From an uncultured bacterium (lineage in GTDB: Bacteria; Muiribacteriota; Ozemobacteria; Ozemobacterales; Ozemobacteraceae): a stretch of 56,096 bases of DNA. A model generated the notes under the pieces. That model searched no databases, was not told the origin of the DNA, and saw only the letters and a list, made by a program, of their open reading frames with translations. The stretch lies in assembly GCA_964597625.1 (NCBI GenBank), contig CAZQYQ010000001.1:1-56096 (forward strand), given 5' to 3'. A program made the translations under genes and the position numbers. Shown here one piece after another: positions 28,961 through 37,854 of this stretch (the first letter of the stretch is position 1; every line of letters starts with the position of its first letter).

Positions 28961-29740
28961 TCAGCTCTTTTTCATGTTGCGTTCGCTGAAGGTCTCGGCG
29001 TCGAGCTGCACGTCATACTGGATGGCATTCACCTTGAGCAGGGTCGATGCGTTTTTGCGCAGATCCTTCATCTCGACCAGCCTGGGAGTCCAGATGTCCT
29101 GGATCTTTTCAAGGGCGGTCGCGTTCATTTCCTTGATCGCTTTCGCCGGGTCTTTCTTGTCATACATCACCGACTTCAGAATCACCATTTTGTCCTTCGA
29201 AACATACATGGATACGTTGGCATAGCTGGTCTTGCCGTCTTTTTTGACGGTATCGATCACCCAGACCGCTTCTTCGCCAAGCTTTTCCTCACGCAGATTC
29301 GAGCAGGTGTAGTCGGAGGCATGAATGTCATCCATGTCTTCGTAGGTAAAGTCGCTCGACACGAAAGCCATGCCGTAATCGTCGGAAACAATGCGCCTGA
29401 TATTTTTCATCGCCGAAAGATAGATACGCTTCTCGCGCTGGCGGTTCTTCTCGTTGACCAGATACGTCGTATCCTTGATGTCGGCCGGGGAGAGGAAGTG
29501 AATGAAGTTGTCCTTGTTGTCGTTGTCCGTCTTCTGCCGATAGATGTCCATTTTCCTGGTGCGTTTGCCTCCGTCAGCTGCGATGAGCACCATGTCGGTA
29601 TCGGCCTTCGAGGTTTTTCCGACATACCGGTCCTCGACCCCCTGCAGAACCTCGTCGGCCGAGATTGCCCACAGGGTCTGCCCGAAGCAGAAAACCGCCG
29701 CAACAAGTATTCCAATACCAATACCAATAGAACGTTTCAT
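28961..29740 (-). CDS. outer-membrane lipoprotein-sorting (LolA-like) protein
   Basis: ATG 29740 is preceded by AGGAG, with signal peptide MKRSIGIGIGILVAAVFCFGQTLWA. The body (VLQGVEDRYVGKTSKADTDMVLIAADGGKRTRKMDIYRQK...FTYEDM...WTPRLVEMKDL) matches what I recall of the LolA_like 'outer membrane lipoprotein-sorting protein' family. Confidence 0.7.
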   Translation of the reverse strand: MKRSIGIGIGILVAAVFCFGQTLWAISADEVLQGVEDRYVGKTSKADTDMVLIAADGGKRTRKMDIYRQKTDNDNKDNFIHFLSPADIKDTTYLVNEKNRQREKRIYLSAMKNIRRIVSDDYGMAFVSSDFTYEDMDDIHASDYTCSNLREEKLGEEAVWVIDTVKKDGKTSYANVSMYVSKDKMVILKSVMYDKKDPAKAIKEMNATALEKIQDIWTPRLVEMKDLRKNASTLLKVNAIQYDVQLDAETFSERNMKKS

Positions 29741-29936
29741 ACCCGCTCCTTTCACGCTTCGCCCAACCGGCATGTCTCGAGCCGACACCGGGCCGATACC
29801 AAGAACGTAACATCTTCACCTGCGGATTGCCCCGCTGATATCCACATTCTATCAAAATCGGGGGTGCGGATGAAGTCCGCAGTTGAGGTGCAGAGAAAAA
29901 CCGGCTAAAATGGGGCAAAATGGAGGATCAGATCAG

Positions 29937-30665
29937 ATGCAGATGCCGATGAATGACGAGAAACTCAGCAACCTTCTTCCGCGAACGGTGAAGATCGATC
30001 TCGACACGCCTCTTGAAACGGCCTGGAATGTGCTGGCAGGGTTTTCGGGAATCGGATGTTTCTTTATCCTCCAGATCGGATTTCTCGGCGGCAAGCATTC
30101 GCCGCCTGACCCTTCGTTTTTGAAGTTTCTTCCCTACGCAATCGGCGCGGTCGTTGTGTTCCTGCTTCTGAGGCGGCTGACCGACAATTACTATCTCGTC
30201 GACAGGCAGCGGAAGGCGATTTTCTATCATTTCGAGTGCGCCGTGATTCGTTCGGTCACCCAGTTCATGAAATTTTCCGATATCGATGCCGTCGTCGTGA
30301 ACGGCTCTGTACACCACTCGAAACACTCCCGATGGTTCGAGTATCAAATTCAGCTTGTCGACAGAAACGGCAAAACCCATGATTTCAGCGACTCGCTGAA
30401 GGCAGACAACCTGGGACTGCTGAACAGCCGGGCCGAAACGATCTCAAAAATCATCGAGTGCAGACTGTTTCCCGGAAAATCCGAGCACATTCACACCATT
30501 GCTGCCGCCGGAGGCTCACAGATTTTCATTTTCACCTCGCATTCACCGTTGAACGCAGGTGCGGCGGACATCTCGAACATACAGATCTCCTGGAAACTGG
30601 CCGTCCTCGTGCTCACCGCCGTGCTGGCCTTTTTCGGCTTCATAGCCTGGGAGACCTTGAAATAG
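29937..30665 (+). CDS. hypothetical membrane protein
   Basis: GGAGG lies 10 nt upstream of ATG 29937. Two N-terminal TMs (VLAGFSGIGCFFILQIGFL; YAIGAVVVFLLL) and one C-terminal TM (LAVLVLTAVLAFFGFIAW). No family recognised. Confidence 0.5.
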   Translation: MQMPMNDEKLSNLLPRTVKIDLDTPLETAWNVLAGFSGIGCFFILQIGFLGGKHSPPDPSFLKFLPYAIGAVVVFLLLRRLTDNYYLVDRQRKAIFYHFECAVIRSVTQFMKFSDIDAVVVNGSVHHSKHSRWFEYQIQLVDRNGKTHDFSDSLKADNLGLLNSRAETISKIIECRLFPGKSEHIHTIAAAGGSQIFIFTSHSPLNAGAADISNIQISWKLAVLVLTAVLAFFGFIAWETLK

Positions 30666-30925
30666 CAGTCTCCACGGGTGAGTTATCGGAAGGATCACCT
30701 GCCAGGGATCAACGGGAAAAAGCACGGTTCGGCGGAGTCACGGTTGTTCGCGACGGCATGTGCGGCTTCACGCGCGCCGGACTGACCGGTTTCTTCGATC
30801 TTTCCGGGAATAAGGTCTGGCAGCGGTCATGAAAGGCCGCTGATCAAGAAGATCAGAGCAGATGCAGATTTCATCGGATGATATCTCGGCGGTGATGATT
30901 CGCCGACGGGGCAGCCGTGGCGGTA

Positions 30926-32899
30926 TTATTTGGCACCATATAGATCAAGACTGGCGAGGACATATTTTGCCTCGCTCCAGGTGAGCGGCAATGCGCTCAG
31001 CCAGAGGTGGCGCTCTTCATCGAACTGTTCGCCCAGAAGGAGCGAGCCGGTTTCGAAGGCGTAATCCGTCACGGTGCGATGCAGCTTCCGGGCCCGTTCG
31101 AGGTCGCCTGAACGGGCGTAATGGATCGCCAGCCAGTCGGTGGTGACCGGCCAGGGCTTTCCGCCGTAATAGGGGTCGTTCTGGTAGCGGCGGATTCCGC
31201 CCAGCGGCGTCGCGAGGGCCGCGCTGACTCGTTCCGCCGTCATAGCAAGCCGCTTGTCGCCGTATGAAAGAACGTCGAAGGGAAAACCCAGGCACAGATT
31301 GGCGGCTTCCAGCGTCGTGTCGGCCTCACCGGATTCAACATTCCGGCCCCGCACGAATGCCCCCGATTTCTGCGACCAGAGTTGCTCCCGGATGGCCTGG
31401 CGCACGGTTTCGGCCGCGTTCATGAAGCGGACTTTCGAGTCATTCTCGCCGACCAGCCCGGCAATCTCGGCCGCGGCCTTCAACCCGGCGAAAACGGCAC
31501 CGTTGGTGAAGGTCCAGGTCTTGTCGGTATCGAGTTCCCACAGGTCGCGGCAAGGCCCGACCAGACCGCCCGGGGTCATGTTCCGCAGCAGGAAGCCAGC
31601 AGCCTTCTCGACGGCCGGCCATTTTGCCTTGAGCCAGTCGAGATCACGTACACGGACGTAATACTCGTAGACGATCCAGATCGCCATGCCGACCTGGTCA
31701 TGCTCGTTCTTGCGGTCGCCGAAATCCCAGAGGTGGCGGCTGCCGTCCATGAAAAAGTTGACCGCCCAGCCGCCATTTCCCTTCTGCTGCGCCAGAATGA
31801 AATCGATGAACCGCCCAGCCTCTTCCGGGAAGCCGGCTTCGAGATACGCAAGCGAAATGAACGATCCGTCGCGCGGCCAGGTCAGGCAATAGACCGGCGA
31901 AAGCAGGGTCGGCGCGGCGATAATGGCACCGTTGTCCGCCGTATTCTGTTTCAGAGTGATCAGCGCGCGACGATACACGCGCCGGGTGCGCTCGTCGGCA
32001 CCGACCAGCTCTTTTGCCTTTCCAAGCCAGCCGTTCCAGAAGCCGGCCTCGGAAGTGAGAATCTCATTCCATAGACGGGATTTGGCGAGGTGGAACGATT
32101 TCCAGCTCTCATCGAGACTTCTGCCCGCGCTGATGAAGTAGTTGATCGCAAGCCTTTCGCCGGGTTTGAGTCCGCGGAATGTGTGGCCGAGAGCCCCGTT
32201 TACGCCCATATCCAGCATGCCGCGCTCATGCATGTGGCCGCGAAGTCTGCCGTCTTCCGCATCGAGACGGGCATCGTGATTGGTGATCCAGGTGCTGCCG
32301 ACCTTGCCGATCTGCCACTGGTCGGCCGGAATATCAGAACCGATCGTGAAATGCACATCCTTTCCGCCATGCAGAATGGTCCGGCTCTTCTGATCGAACC
32401 GCACGACATCGCCGGTTCCGAGGTAATTGACGGTGAAATGTTCGTAGAAGAAGACGCGCAGATCATCGACCCGTTCCTTCGAGTTGTTCGTGATCTCAAG
32501 ATGCCGAACGAGCGTGTCGCTGTCACGCAGGGCGACATCGGAGGTGACAATCGAAAGCTTCCCGTCAGCCGTACAGAACTCGCTCGTGACAATTCCCGTA
32601 TCGTCGGGCATCGACTGGCCAACCAGCCTGAGATCATGAAGCCAGCTCAGCCGGCCGTTCATATAGATGCCATTATAGGCATCCCAGAGATGGTCGCGCG
32701 CGTAGAGCGGATAGAAAAACTCGACCAGCGCTCCGGCCTTCGCACCCCGGCCATAATCACGCGAAACGACGGCGAGGAAGTTGCCGTTGGATGTCTGAGA
32801 AAAATTCGGACAATCGCCCAGCACCCGCGAAATGAGTTCCGCATTGAGGTTCTGGACCGAAAAGACGATGAACGCGAGCACCAGCAGCATCTTCTTCAT
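30926..32899 (-). CDS. secreted glycoside hydrolase family 15 (glucoamylase/glucodextranase-like)
   Basis: Signal peptide MKKMLLVLAFIVFSVQNLNA, an N-terminal beta-sandwich region and an (alpha/alpha)6 catalytic part with NGAIIAAPT...YCLTWPRDGSFISLAY and ...WSEAKYVLA. Confidence 0.85.
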   Translation of the reverse strand: MKKMLLVLAFIVFSVQNLNAELISRVLGDCPNFSQTSNGNFLAVVSRDYGRGAKAGALVEFFYPLYARDHLWDAYNGIYMNGRLSWLHDLRLVGQSMPDDTGIVTSEFCTADGKLSIVTSDVALRDSDTLVRHLEITNNSKERVDDLRVFFYEHFTVNYLGTGDVVRFDQKSRTILHGGKDVHFTIGSDIPADQWQIGKVGSTWITNHDARLDAEDGRLRGHMHERGMLDMGVNGALGHTFRGLKPGERLAINYFISAGRSLDESWKSFHLAKSRLWNEILTSEAGFWNGWLGKAKELVGADERTRRVYRRALITLKQNTADNGAIIAAPTLLSPVYCLTWPRDGSFISLAYLEAGFPEEAGRFIDFILAQQKGNGGWAVNFFMDGSRHLWDFGDRKNEHDQVGMAIWIVYEYYVRVRDLDWLKAKWPAVEKAAGFLLRNMTPGGLVGPCRDLWELDTDKTWTFTNGAVFAGLKAAAEIAGLVGENDSKVRFMNAAETVRQAIREQLWSQKSGAFVRGRNVESGEADTTLEAANLCLGFPFDVLSYGDKRLAMTAERVSAALATPLGGIRRYQNDPYYGGKPWPVTTDWLAIHYARSGDLERARKLHRTVTDYAFETGSLLLGEQFDEERHLWLSALPLTWSEAKYVLASLDLYGAK

Positions 32900-33150
32900 T
32901 TCCCTGCTCCAAGCCATCTCATTTTTATCGGGATAATCTTTTCATTATATTCATAAAATCGCAAAGCGGCAAAAATGGCCATCGACAATGTCGTGGCATT
33001 TCCGTTACTATCTGCTGCTTCGGCAGACAGCATGGCGAGGGAACCGATATCGGCATGCGCAGAATGGAACATGACGGCATCATTTATAGAATGCAATATT
33101 GTTAAATCACCCGTTTCAGACGGCTGGCGGCAGGGAAGGAATTTCCCCGC

Positions 33151-34509
33151 ATGATCCGTTCCGGCTGGATTCGCGGCAACACCACGAGGGAGCTGTGGCA
33201 GCTCGCCTGGCCCCTGGCCTTGCAGGCAGTCTCGTTTGCGCTTCTGTCGATGATCGACCGGCTCATGGTCGGTCAACTGGCCGAGGCGGCCATTGCCGCG
33301 GTCGGGGTCGGGGGGCAGATCCTGTTCTTTACGCAGACGCTGGCCGGTGCCGTCGCATCGGCGGCGGCGATTCTCGCCGCGCAGGTGCGGGGCGCCAAAG
33401 ACGCCTCCGGCATGGCAGCGCTTTCCGGATCATCCCTTATCCTCATGGGCCTGATCGGCATCGCCGGAAGCGCGGTTCTGATGATCTTCGCCGAGTCGGC
33501 CTGTCTCTGGCTGACGAATGGAAACCAGGCGATCGCGGTGCCGGCTGCCGGCTTCCTGCGGATCATTGCACCGACCTTTCCGTTCATCCTCATCATGTTC
33601 GCCGTCACCGGCATCATGCGGGCTCTCGGTGATACACGAACGCCGGTCGTCACGTCGGTAGCGGCCGTTCTCGTGAATACCTCCCTGAATGCGCTGCTGA
33701 TCAACGGATATGCGGGGCTGCCAAGGCTCGGCATCACCGGGGCCGCTCTCGCGACCGCCGTCGCTCACATGATTGGAACATGGCTTGCGCTGCGGGCCTA
33801 CGGGAAGATGACCTTCCTGGAACATCGTTTCGGGCTTCGGGACCTGCGCGCTGCCCGGTTCTCCACGACGCGGCTCCTGGTCAGCCTGGCTGCGCCGATC
33901 GCCCTCGACGGCCTCTTCTGGCAGGCAGCCGCCCTTGCCTACACGCGCATTGTCGGCATGGTGGGCGGCGATGCGCTGGCCGCTTATTTCATGTATCAGA
34001 GCGTGCGCGGACTCGGCTACATTCCGCTCGGGGCTCTGGGAGCCGCCGCTTCCATCGTCGTCGGCAGGCACCTGGGCGCCGGCCACACCAGGCGGGCTAA
34101 AATGGCCGTCGGCCGCGCGAACGTCCTTGCCATAGCCTCATCCATGGGAATGGGCGGACTGGCAATCATTGCCGCCGGTCCGTATCTGGGGATGTTTTCG
34201 GTAAAGCCCGCGGTGGCTTCGGATGCGATGCAGCTCATCAGGTGGTTCTCCCTCGTGCTTCCCTTCGAAGCGGCGATCGTCGTTTTGTCCGGCACTCTGC
34301 GGGCAGGCGGAGATGCGCTGCGCGTGAGCCTCATGACGCTTTCGACCTTCTGGCTCGTGGGAATTCCCCTCGGGTGGCTGCTGGGGGTGAAACTCGGCAT
34401 GGGGCTCATCGGCTGCTTCATCGGCATGTCCGCGGAGTCGGTGGTGAAGGCGCTGCTGTTTCAGCTCAGATACCGCTCGGGCGCCTGGGCAAGAAAACTA
34501 ACCGACTGA
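33151..34509 (+). CDS. MATE-family efflux transporter
   Basis: 12-TM protein with the N-terminal MATE signature TRELWQLAWPLALQAVSFALLSMIDRLMVGQL and an internal duplication. 452 aa. Confidence 0.9.
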   Translation: MIRSGWIRGNTTRELWQLAWPLALQAVSFALLSMIDRLMVGQLAEAAIAAVGVGGQILFFTQTLAGAVASAAAILAAQVRGAKDASGMAALSGSSLILMGLIGIAGSAVLMIFAESACLWLTNGNQAIAVPAAGFLRIIAPTFPFILIMFAVTGIMRALGDTRTPVVTSVAAVLVNTSLNALLINGYAGLPRLGITGAALATAVAHMIGTWLALRAYGKMTFLEHRFGLRDLRAARFSTTRLLVSLAAPIALDGLFWQAAALAYTRIVGMVGGDALAAYFMYQSVRGLGYIPLGALGAAASIVVGRHLGAGHTRRAKMAVGRANVLAIASSMGMGGLAIIAAGPYLGMFSVKPAVASDAMQLIRWFSLVLPFEAAIVVLSGTLRAGGDALRVSLMTLSTFWLVGIPLGWLLGVKLGMGLIGCFIGMSAESVVKALLFQLRYRSGAWARKLTD

Positions 34510-34545
34510 ACGGACACCAAACGGCTTCGGCAGCTCCGATCACGT

Positions 34546-34585
34546 GCATGGCGGCTTTTCATCCCGCCCATGCATCCTCGTTTCT
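34546..34585. terminator. possible terminator hairpin between convergent genes
   Basis: gcatggcgg (34546-34554) pairs with ccgcccatgc (34564-34573) with one bulge, followed by T-rich tcgtttctctttt. It lies between the MATE stop (34509) and the CYTH stop (34589). Confidence 0.35.
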
Positions 34586-34588
34586 CTT

Positions 34589-35062
34589 TTATCCCTTTCC
34601 CCATCTGGAGAAAGGGTTCCTGGTCAGGCTGGAATTGAAATATTTCGGATCGCCGGTCACTTCCTGACCGATCCATTCGGGAAGATCGACCACCTGCTTT
34701 TCATCGCTCAGTTCGACTTCCGCCACGATGAGCCCCTGATTGTCGCCACCAAATTCATCGATCTCCCAGGTCACCGGCCCTGCGGCGATCCTGTAGCGGT
34801 TCTTTTCGATGAGAGGTTTCTCGCAGAGGCTGCTCAGCATCTCGTTTGCCTCGGCAGCGGGAATCCCGTATTCATACTCGGCCCGGGCCGCTCCGACCGT
34901 GACGCCTTTGATGGTCAGAAAGCCTTCATCCCCGATGATGCGTATCCGGATGGTACATTCCCTGGCAATCGACAGATACCCCTGTCGATACGGAACACCC
35001 CTGGCCAGTTTGCGCCAGGCTTCGCCCTTGATCAAAAATTTGCGTTCGATTTCTTTTGCCAT
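34589..35062 (-). CDS. CYTH-domain protein (CyaB / thiamine-triphosphatase fold; triphosphate tunnel metalloenzyme)
   Basis: ATG 35062 is preceded by GAAGGAGA. N-terminal EIERKFLI (ExExK motif), then ...IRIRI...LTIKG...EYEY...WEIDEF...GLIVAEVEL, characteristic of CYTH. Confidence 0.85.
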   Translation of the reverse strand: MAKEIERKFLIKGEAWRKLARGVPYRQGYLSIARECTIRIRIIGDEGFLTIKGVTVGAARAEYEYGIPAAEANEMLSSLCEKPLIEKNRYRIAAGPVTWEIDEFGGDNQGLIVAEVELSDEKQVVDLPEWIGQEVTGDPKYFNSSLTRNPFSRWGKG

Positions 35063-35148
35063 GATCCTGTCTCCTTCGGCCCAGGAGAGTGTCTCTTCGA
35101 ACTCGCTCTCACGCATGTCATCACATGGAACGAAGCGGCTGAGCCGGG

Positions 35149-36396
35149 TTAAAACCCTGTCGCTTCGGCCAATCCGATTTTCTGCATGACGGCTTTCATC
35201 TGATACAGCTTTTTGGACGCATACCAGTCGCCCTTCTGTACGAGTTTGAAGGCCAGCATTTCGCGCACATGGGCCATCAGCGGTATGAGTGCGGGAAGCT
35301 CCGTCCCGTCGAATTCTGCGATGCGCGCAATCAGCTTGTCGAACGTCTCATATCGGTTTTCGTCGAATTCCCGCTGGAGGCGGTTCATGACGAACTTCTC
35401 CCGGCTGGCGATCCGCCCGGCGGCAACCGGATCATCGGGCCGGTCCTTCAGCCGGCGCCATTCCCGGCAGATCCGCCTCAGGCAGATTTCCATCGGGGCT
35501 TCCACCGTGAGCCTGTATGATATATTATGAGCTATTGATTTTGATATGCGGCTGCCGACAAAAGCACCAACCACGCTGCCGGCACCGGGAGCGATGACCG
35601 AACCGACCGCAGCGCCGAGTGTCGCGCCGATCAGTCCACCGGTCTGGTCGATGCCTGCCCGGAGAATGGCGACGCAGCAGAAATCGGCGAAGCTCCCGTT
35701 CTGGACCGCTTCGCGCGCGAGATCCCGGATCCGGTCCGAATCGTGCTGCACGGCATTGGCGACCAGTTCCGCGCCTGTCGTCGAAAGGGACTCCTTGGAA
35801 AAGGAGGTGAGTGTTTTGGTCACGGCTTTTGCAGCAAGACGGGTATCGAACTTCGTCACGAAGGTGAGAATCGTTTCACCCGCCTTCTGGAACGCGAGTC
35901 CGCCGGCAATGTCGATGAACTCCTTCGACAGATCATAGACAAGCCGGTCGAGAAACACGACGACATCGCCCTGAAACCGGAAACCAAGGTTTCCCTCACG
36001 ACGCTGCATCGCAAACAGGGTCAGATCCCAGGCAATATCCGAGTCGCTGGTAAAGGAGCGGTCGGCCAGATCGTCAGCGAACGGCAGCTTTCCGCTGAAT
36101 GTTGCCGCCCCGTCGAACGTGACAAATAACCGTCGAAGACTGCGATCATAGAAGCCCTGTCCGATGTTGAGCCTGACATGCGTTCCGGCATTCAGATGCC
36201 CCGCAAAGGCCTCGATACGGTTCTGCAGGATGACGGCCGTTTTTACAAGGAGTTCATCCGCTTTCCCGGGGAGGCGCGCCATGAAGGCCGTGTCACTGGA
36301 TTTCCCGGCGGAAGCCGCCTGAAGGGGCATGAACCCGGCGAGGCCCAGAAGGATGGGCAGGAGACTCAGCACAAACAACCGCCGCAAGAGATTCAT
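35149..36396 (-). CDS. hypothetical secreted or membrane-associated protein with a glycine-zipper segment
   Basis: Signal peptide MNLLRRLFVLSLLPILLGLAGFMPLQAASA and a Gly-zipper GGLIGATLGAAVGSVIAPGAGSVVGAFVG. No family recognised. Confidence 0.55.
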   Translation of the reverse strand: MNLLRRLFVLSLLPILLGLAGFMPLQAASAGKSSDTAFMARLPGKADELLVKTAVILQNRIEAFAGHLNAGTHVRLNIGQGFYDRSLRRLFVTFDGAATFSGKLPFADDLADRSFTSDSDIAWDLTLFAMQRREGNLGFRFQGDVVVFLDRLVYDLSKEFIDIAGGLAFQKAGETILTFVTKFDTRLAAKAVTKTLTSFSKESLSTTGAELVANAVQHDSDRIRDLAREAVQNGSFADFCCVAILRAGIDQTGGLIGATLGAAVGSVIAPGAGSVVGAFVGSRISKSIAHNISYRLTVEAPMEICLRRICREWRRLKDRPDDPVAAGRIASREKFVMNRLQREFDENRYETFDKLIARIAEFDGTELPALIPLMAHVREMLAFKLVQKGDWYASKKLYQMKAVMQKIGLAEATGF

Positions 36397-36436
36397 CTCG
36401 CAATCCCCTCTTCCTGAATGATCTTCTCATTCTAGC

Positions 36437-36684
36437 ATGTCAGATCACCCAACACGTCTCGTCGATCGCAAACTCCTGACCGAAGAGAACGGCATTCGGA
36501 ACGTGACGGGTGTCCGGCACGATGCAGGGCTTGTTTCGTGCCCGATCTGTTTTATCTGATGGAATACGGCGCGCTGAAACTGAGCCTCACCGGAGGCGAA
36601 CACGGCACCATCACCGGCGTCCGCCTCACTTCCCAGGGAATCGACCTCTATGAACAGCTGATTCCCCACAAATACGACTTCTGA
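36437..36684 (+). pseudogene. possible frameshifted small ORF (two ~41-codon halves in adjacent frames)
   Basis: ATG 36437 opens MSDHPTRLVDRKLLTEENGIRNVTGVRHDAGLVSCPICFI*. The next frame continues (V)PDLFYLMEYGALKLSLTGGEHGTITGVRLTSQGIDLYEQLIPHKYDF* to TGA 36682-36684. Joined by a 1-nt shift, this would give an ~85-aa protein. No homology recognised. Confidence 0.2.
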
Positions 36685-36705
36685 TCTTCTCCGACCAGGG
36701 AACCG

Positions 36706-37812
36706 TCAGGGTTTCAGCCGGTAGATGTGAAAACTTTCGTAGATAAATGAGCGGTCGATCTCGAACAGCCGCTTCGCAAGCTCGGGTTCGGCGATCAGGC
36801 GTTCGGCATTGGCGGCATCAAGCTGCCTGGGCCGTGCGAGCGTGTAGCGCCAGCAGAGACGGGCGCCTGGACGGCTGAGTTCGAGCATTTCACGAATGAC
36901 GCCGTTGAAGAAGTCGTGTTCCATCCACTCGAAGATGTTCGACATCTGCAGGGCGTCGAAGCTCGCCGGGCCGTATTTTTTCAGCACGTCGCCGCAGGTG
37001 CCCTGATAGATCTCGAGCCGGCCGATATTCGCTTTCATCTTCGGCCAGTTCGATTCGAGCAGATAGGGTGACATCGCCTGGCGGGACCAGTGGCCGCCCA
37101 GCAGCATCAGCGCCATGAAATAGTTGTCAGGATTATAAAAATCGGTCATGCCCTTGTCGATCTTGCGGGTCAGATTGCCTGCCAGATCAGGGTCTTCGAC
37201 CATCGCGAACGAGTGTGCGCCCTTGACGAGGCTGAGCACGAACTTGTTCAGCAGAATGCTGTTCAGAAACCGCCAGCGGCGCCGTTTCATGCCGAGATAC
37301 GCGGACTTCTGCGCGGCAAGATCGGGGCATGTGAACAAGGCTTCCATTTTTGAAAAATCGTAGAGCCAGCCGAGGATCTTCCGGTACAGGTCAAAAAACG
37401 CCTCGACCTTGCCGCACCAGAAAGCGCCTTTTTCGATCAGATGGGGATTTTCATCCCAGAATCCGGCCGCAGAGGCGGGAAGCAGGCTGCGGATCTTCCG
37501 GTAGAGGTCAAGCCGCTGCGGGCCGCTCAGCCGCGGGGCTTTGCCGTAGAACGGCACGCCGATCACTTCGAGGAAATCCTCGTAGTCGAGCCCGATGATC
37601 GCCGCGCGCTTCAATTCGAGCATCGCCAGCTGGGCCGGGTTCAGATCGATCGAGACGACCCGTGACGGATCTTCCAGCAGCAGGCAGAGGGAGTTGCAGC
37701 CCCCCGACGTGATCGAAAGAACGGACTGGCCGGGTTTGACCTGCAGCGCCTGCCGGTTCAGCTCCGGATCTTCCCATACGTTACTGTAGACAACCGCAGG
37801 TTTGTTTCCCAT
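36706..37812 (-). CDS. DUF3419 / BtaA-like SAM-dependent 3-amino-3-carboxypropyl transferase family protein
   Basis: VVYSNVWEDPELNRQALQVKPGQSVLSITSGGCNSLCLLLEDPSRVVSIDLNPAQLAMLELKRAAI matches the N-terminal signature of the BtaA/DUF3419 family, including SAM motif I. AAAGGA RBS. Confidence 0.75.
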   Translation of the reverse strand: MGNKPAVVYSNVWEDPELNRQALQVKPGQSVLSITSGGCNSLCLLLEDPSRVVSIDLNPAQLAMLELKRAAIIGLDYEDFLEVIGVPFYGKAPRLSGPQRLDLYRKIRSLLPASAAGFWDENPHLIEKGAFWCGKVEAFFDLYRKILGWLYDFSKMEALFTCPDLAAQKSAYLGMKRRRWRFLNSILLNKFVLSLVKGAHSFAMVEDPDLAGNLTRKIDKGMTDFYNPDNYFMALMLLGGHWSRQAMSPYLLESNWPKMKANIGRLEIYQGTCGDVLKKYGPASFDALQMSNIFEWMEHDFFNGVIREMLELSRPGARLCWRYTLARPRQLDAANAERLIAEPELAKRLFEIDRSFIYESFHIYRLKP

Positions 37813-37854
37813 CGATGCAATATCCTTTCATATCTATCACGACAATCCGCTTCA

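Noticed and set aside
30666-30925. Tail of ORF 30458-30832 (…GGVTVVRDGMCGFTRAGLTGFFDLSGNKVWQRS), considered as a gene remnant, plus small inverted repeats (ctgatc-aagaa-gatcag at about 30840-30856; tcggcg...cgccga at about 30886-30906)
   Set aside because: The peptide is too short and has no start or RBS. The stems are only 6 bp with no U-run, so they cannot be supported as a pseudogene or terminator.
34589-35062. CYTH (class IV adenylate-cyclase fold) gene as part of the cAMP module
   Set aside because: It lies 11 kb away on the opposite strand in an unrelated neighbourhood. Most CYTH proteins are triphosphatases rather than cyclases. There is no evidence of linkage.
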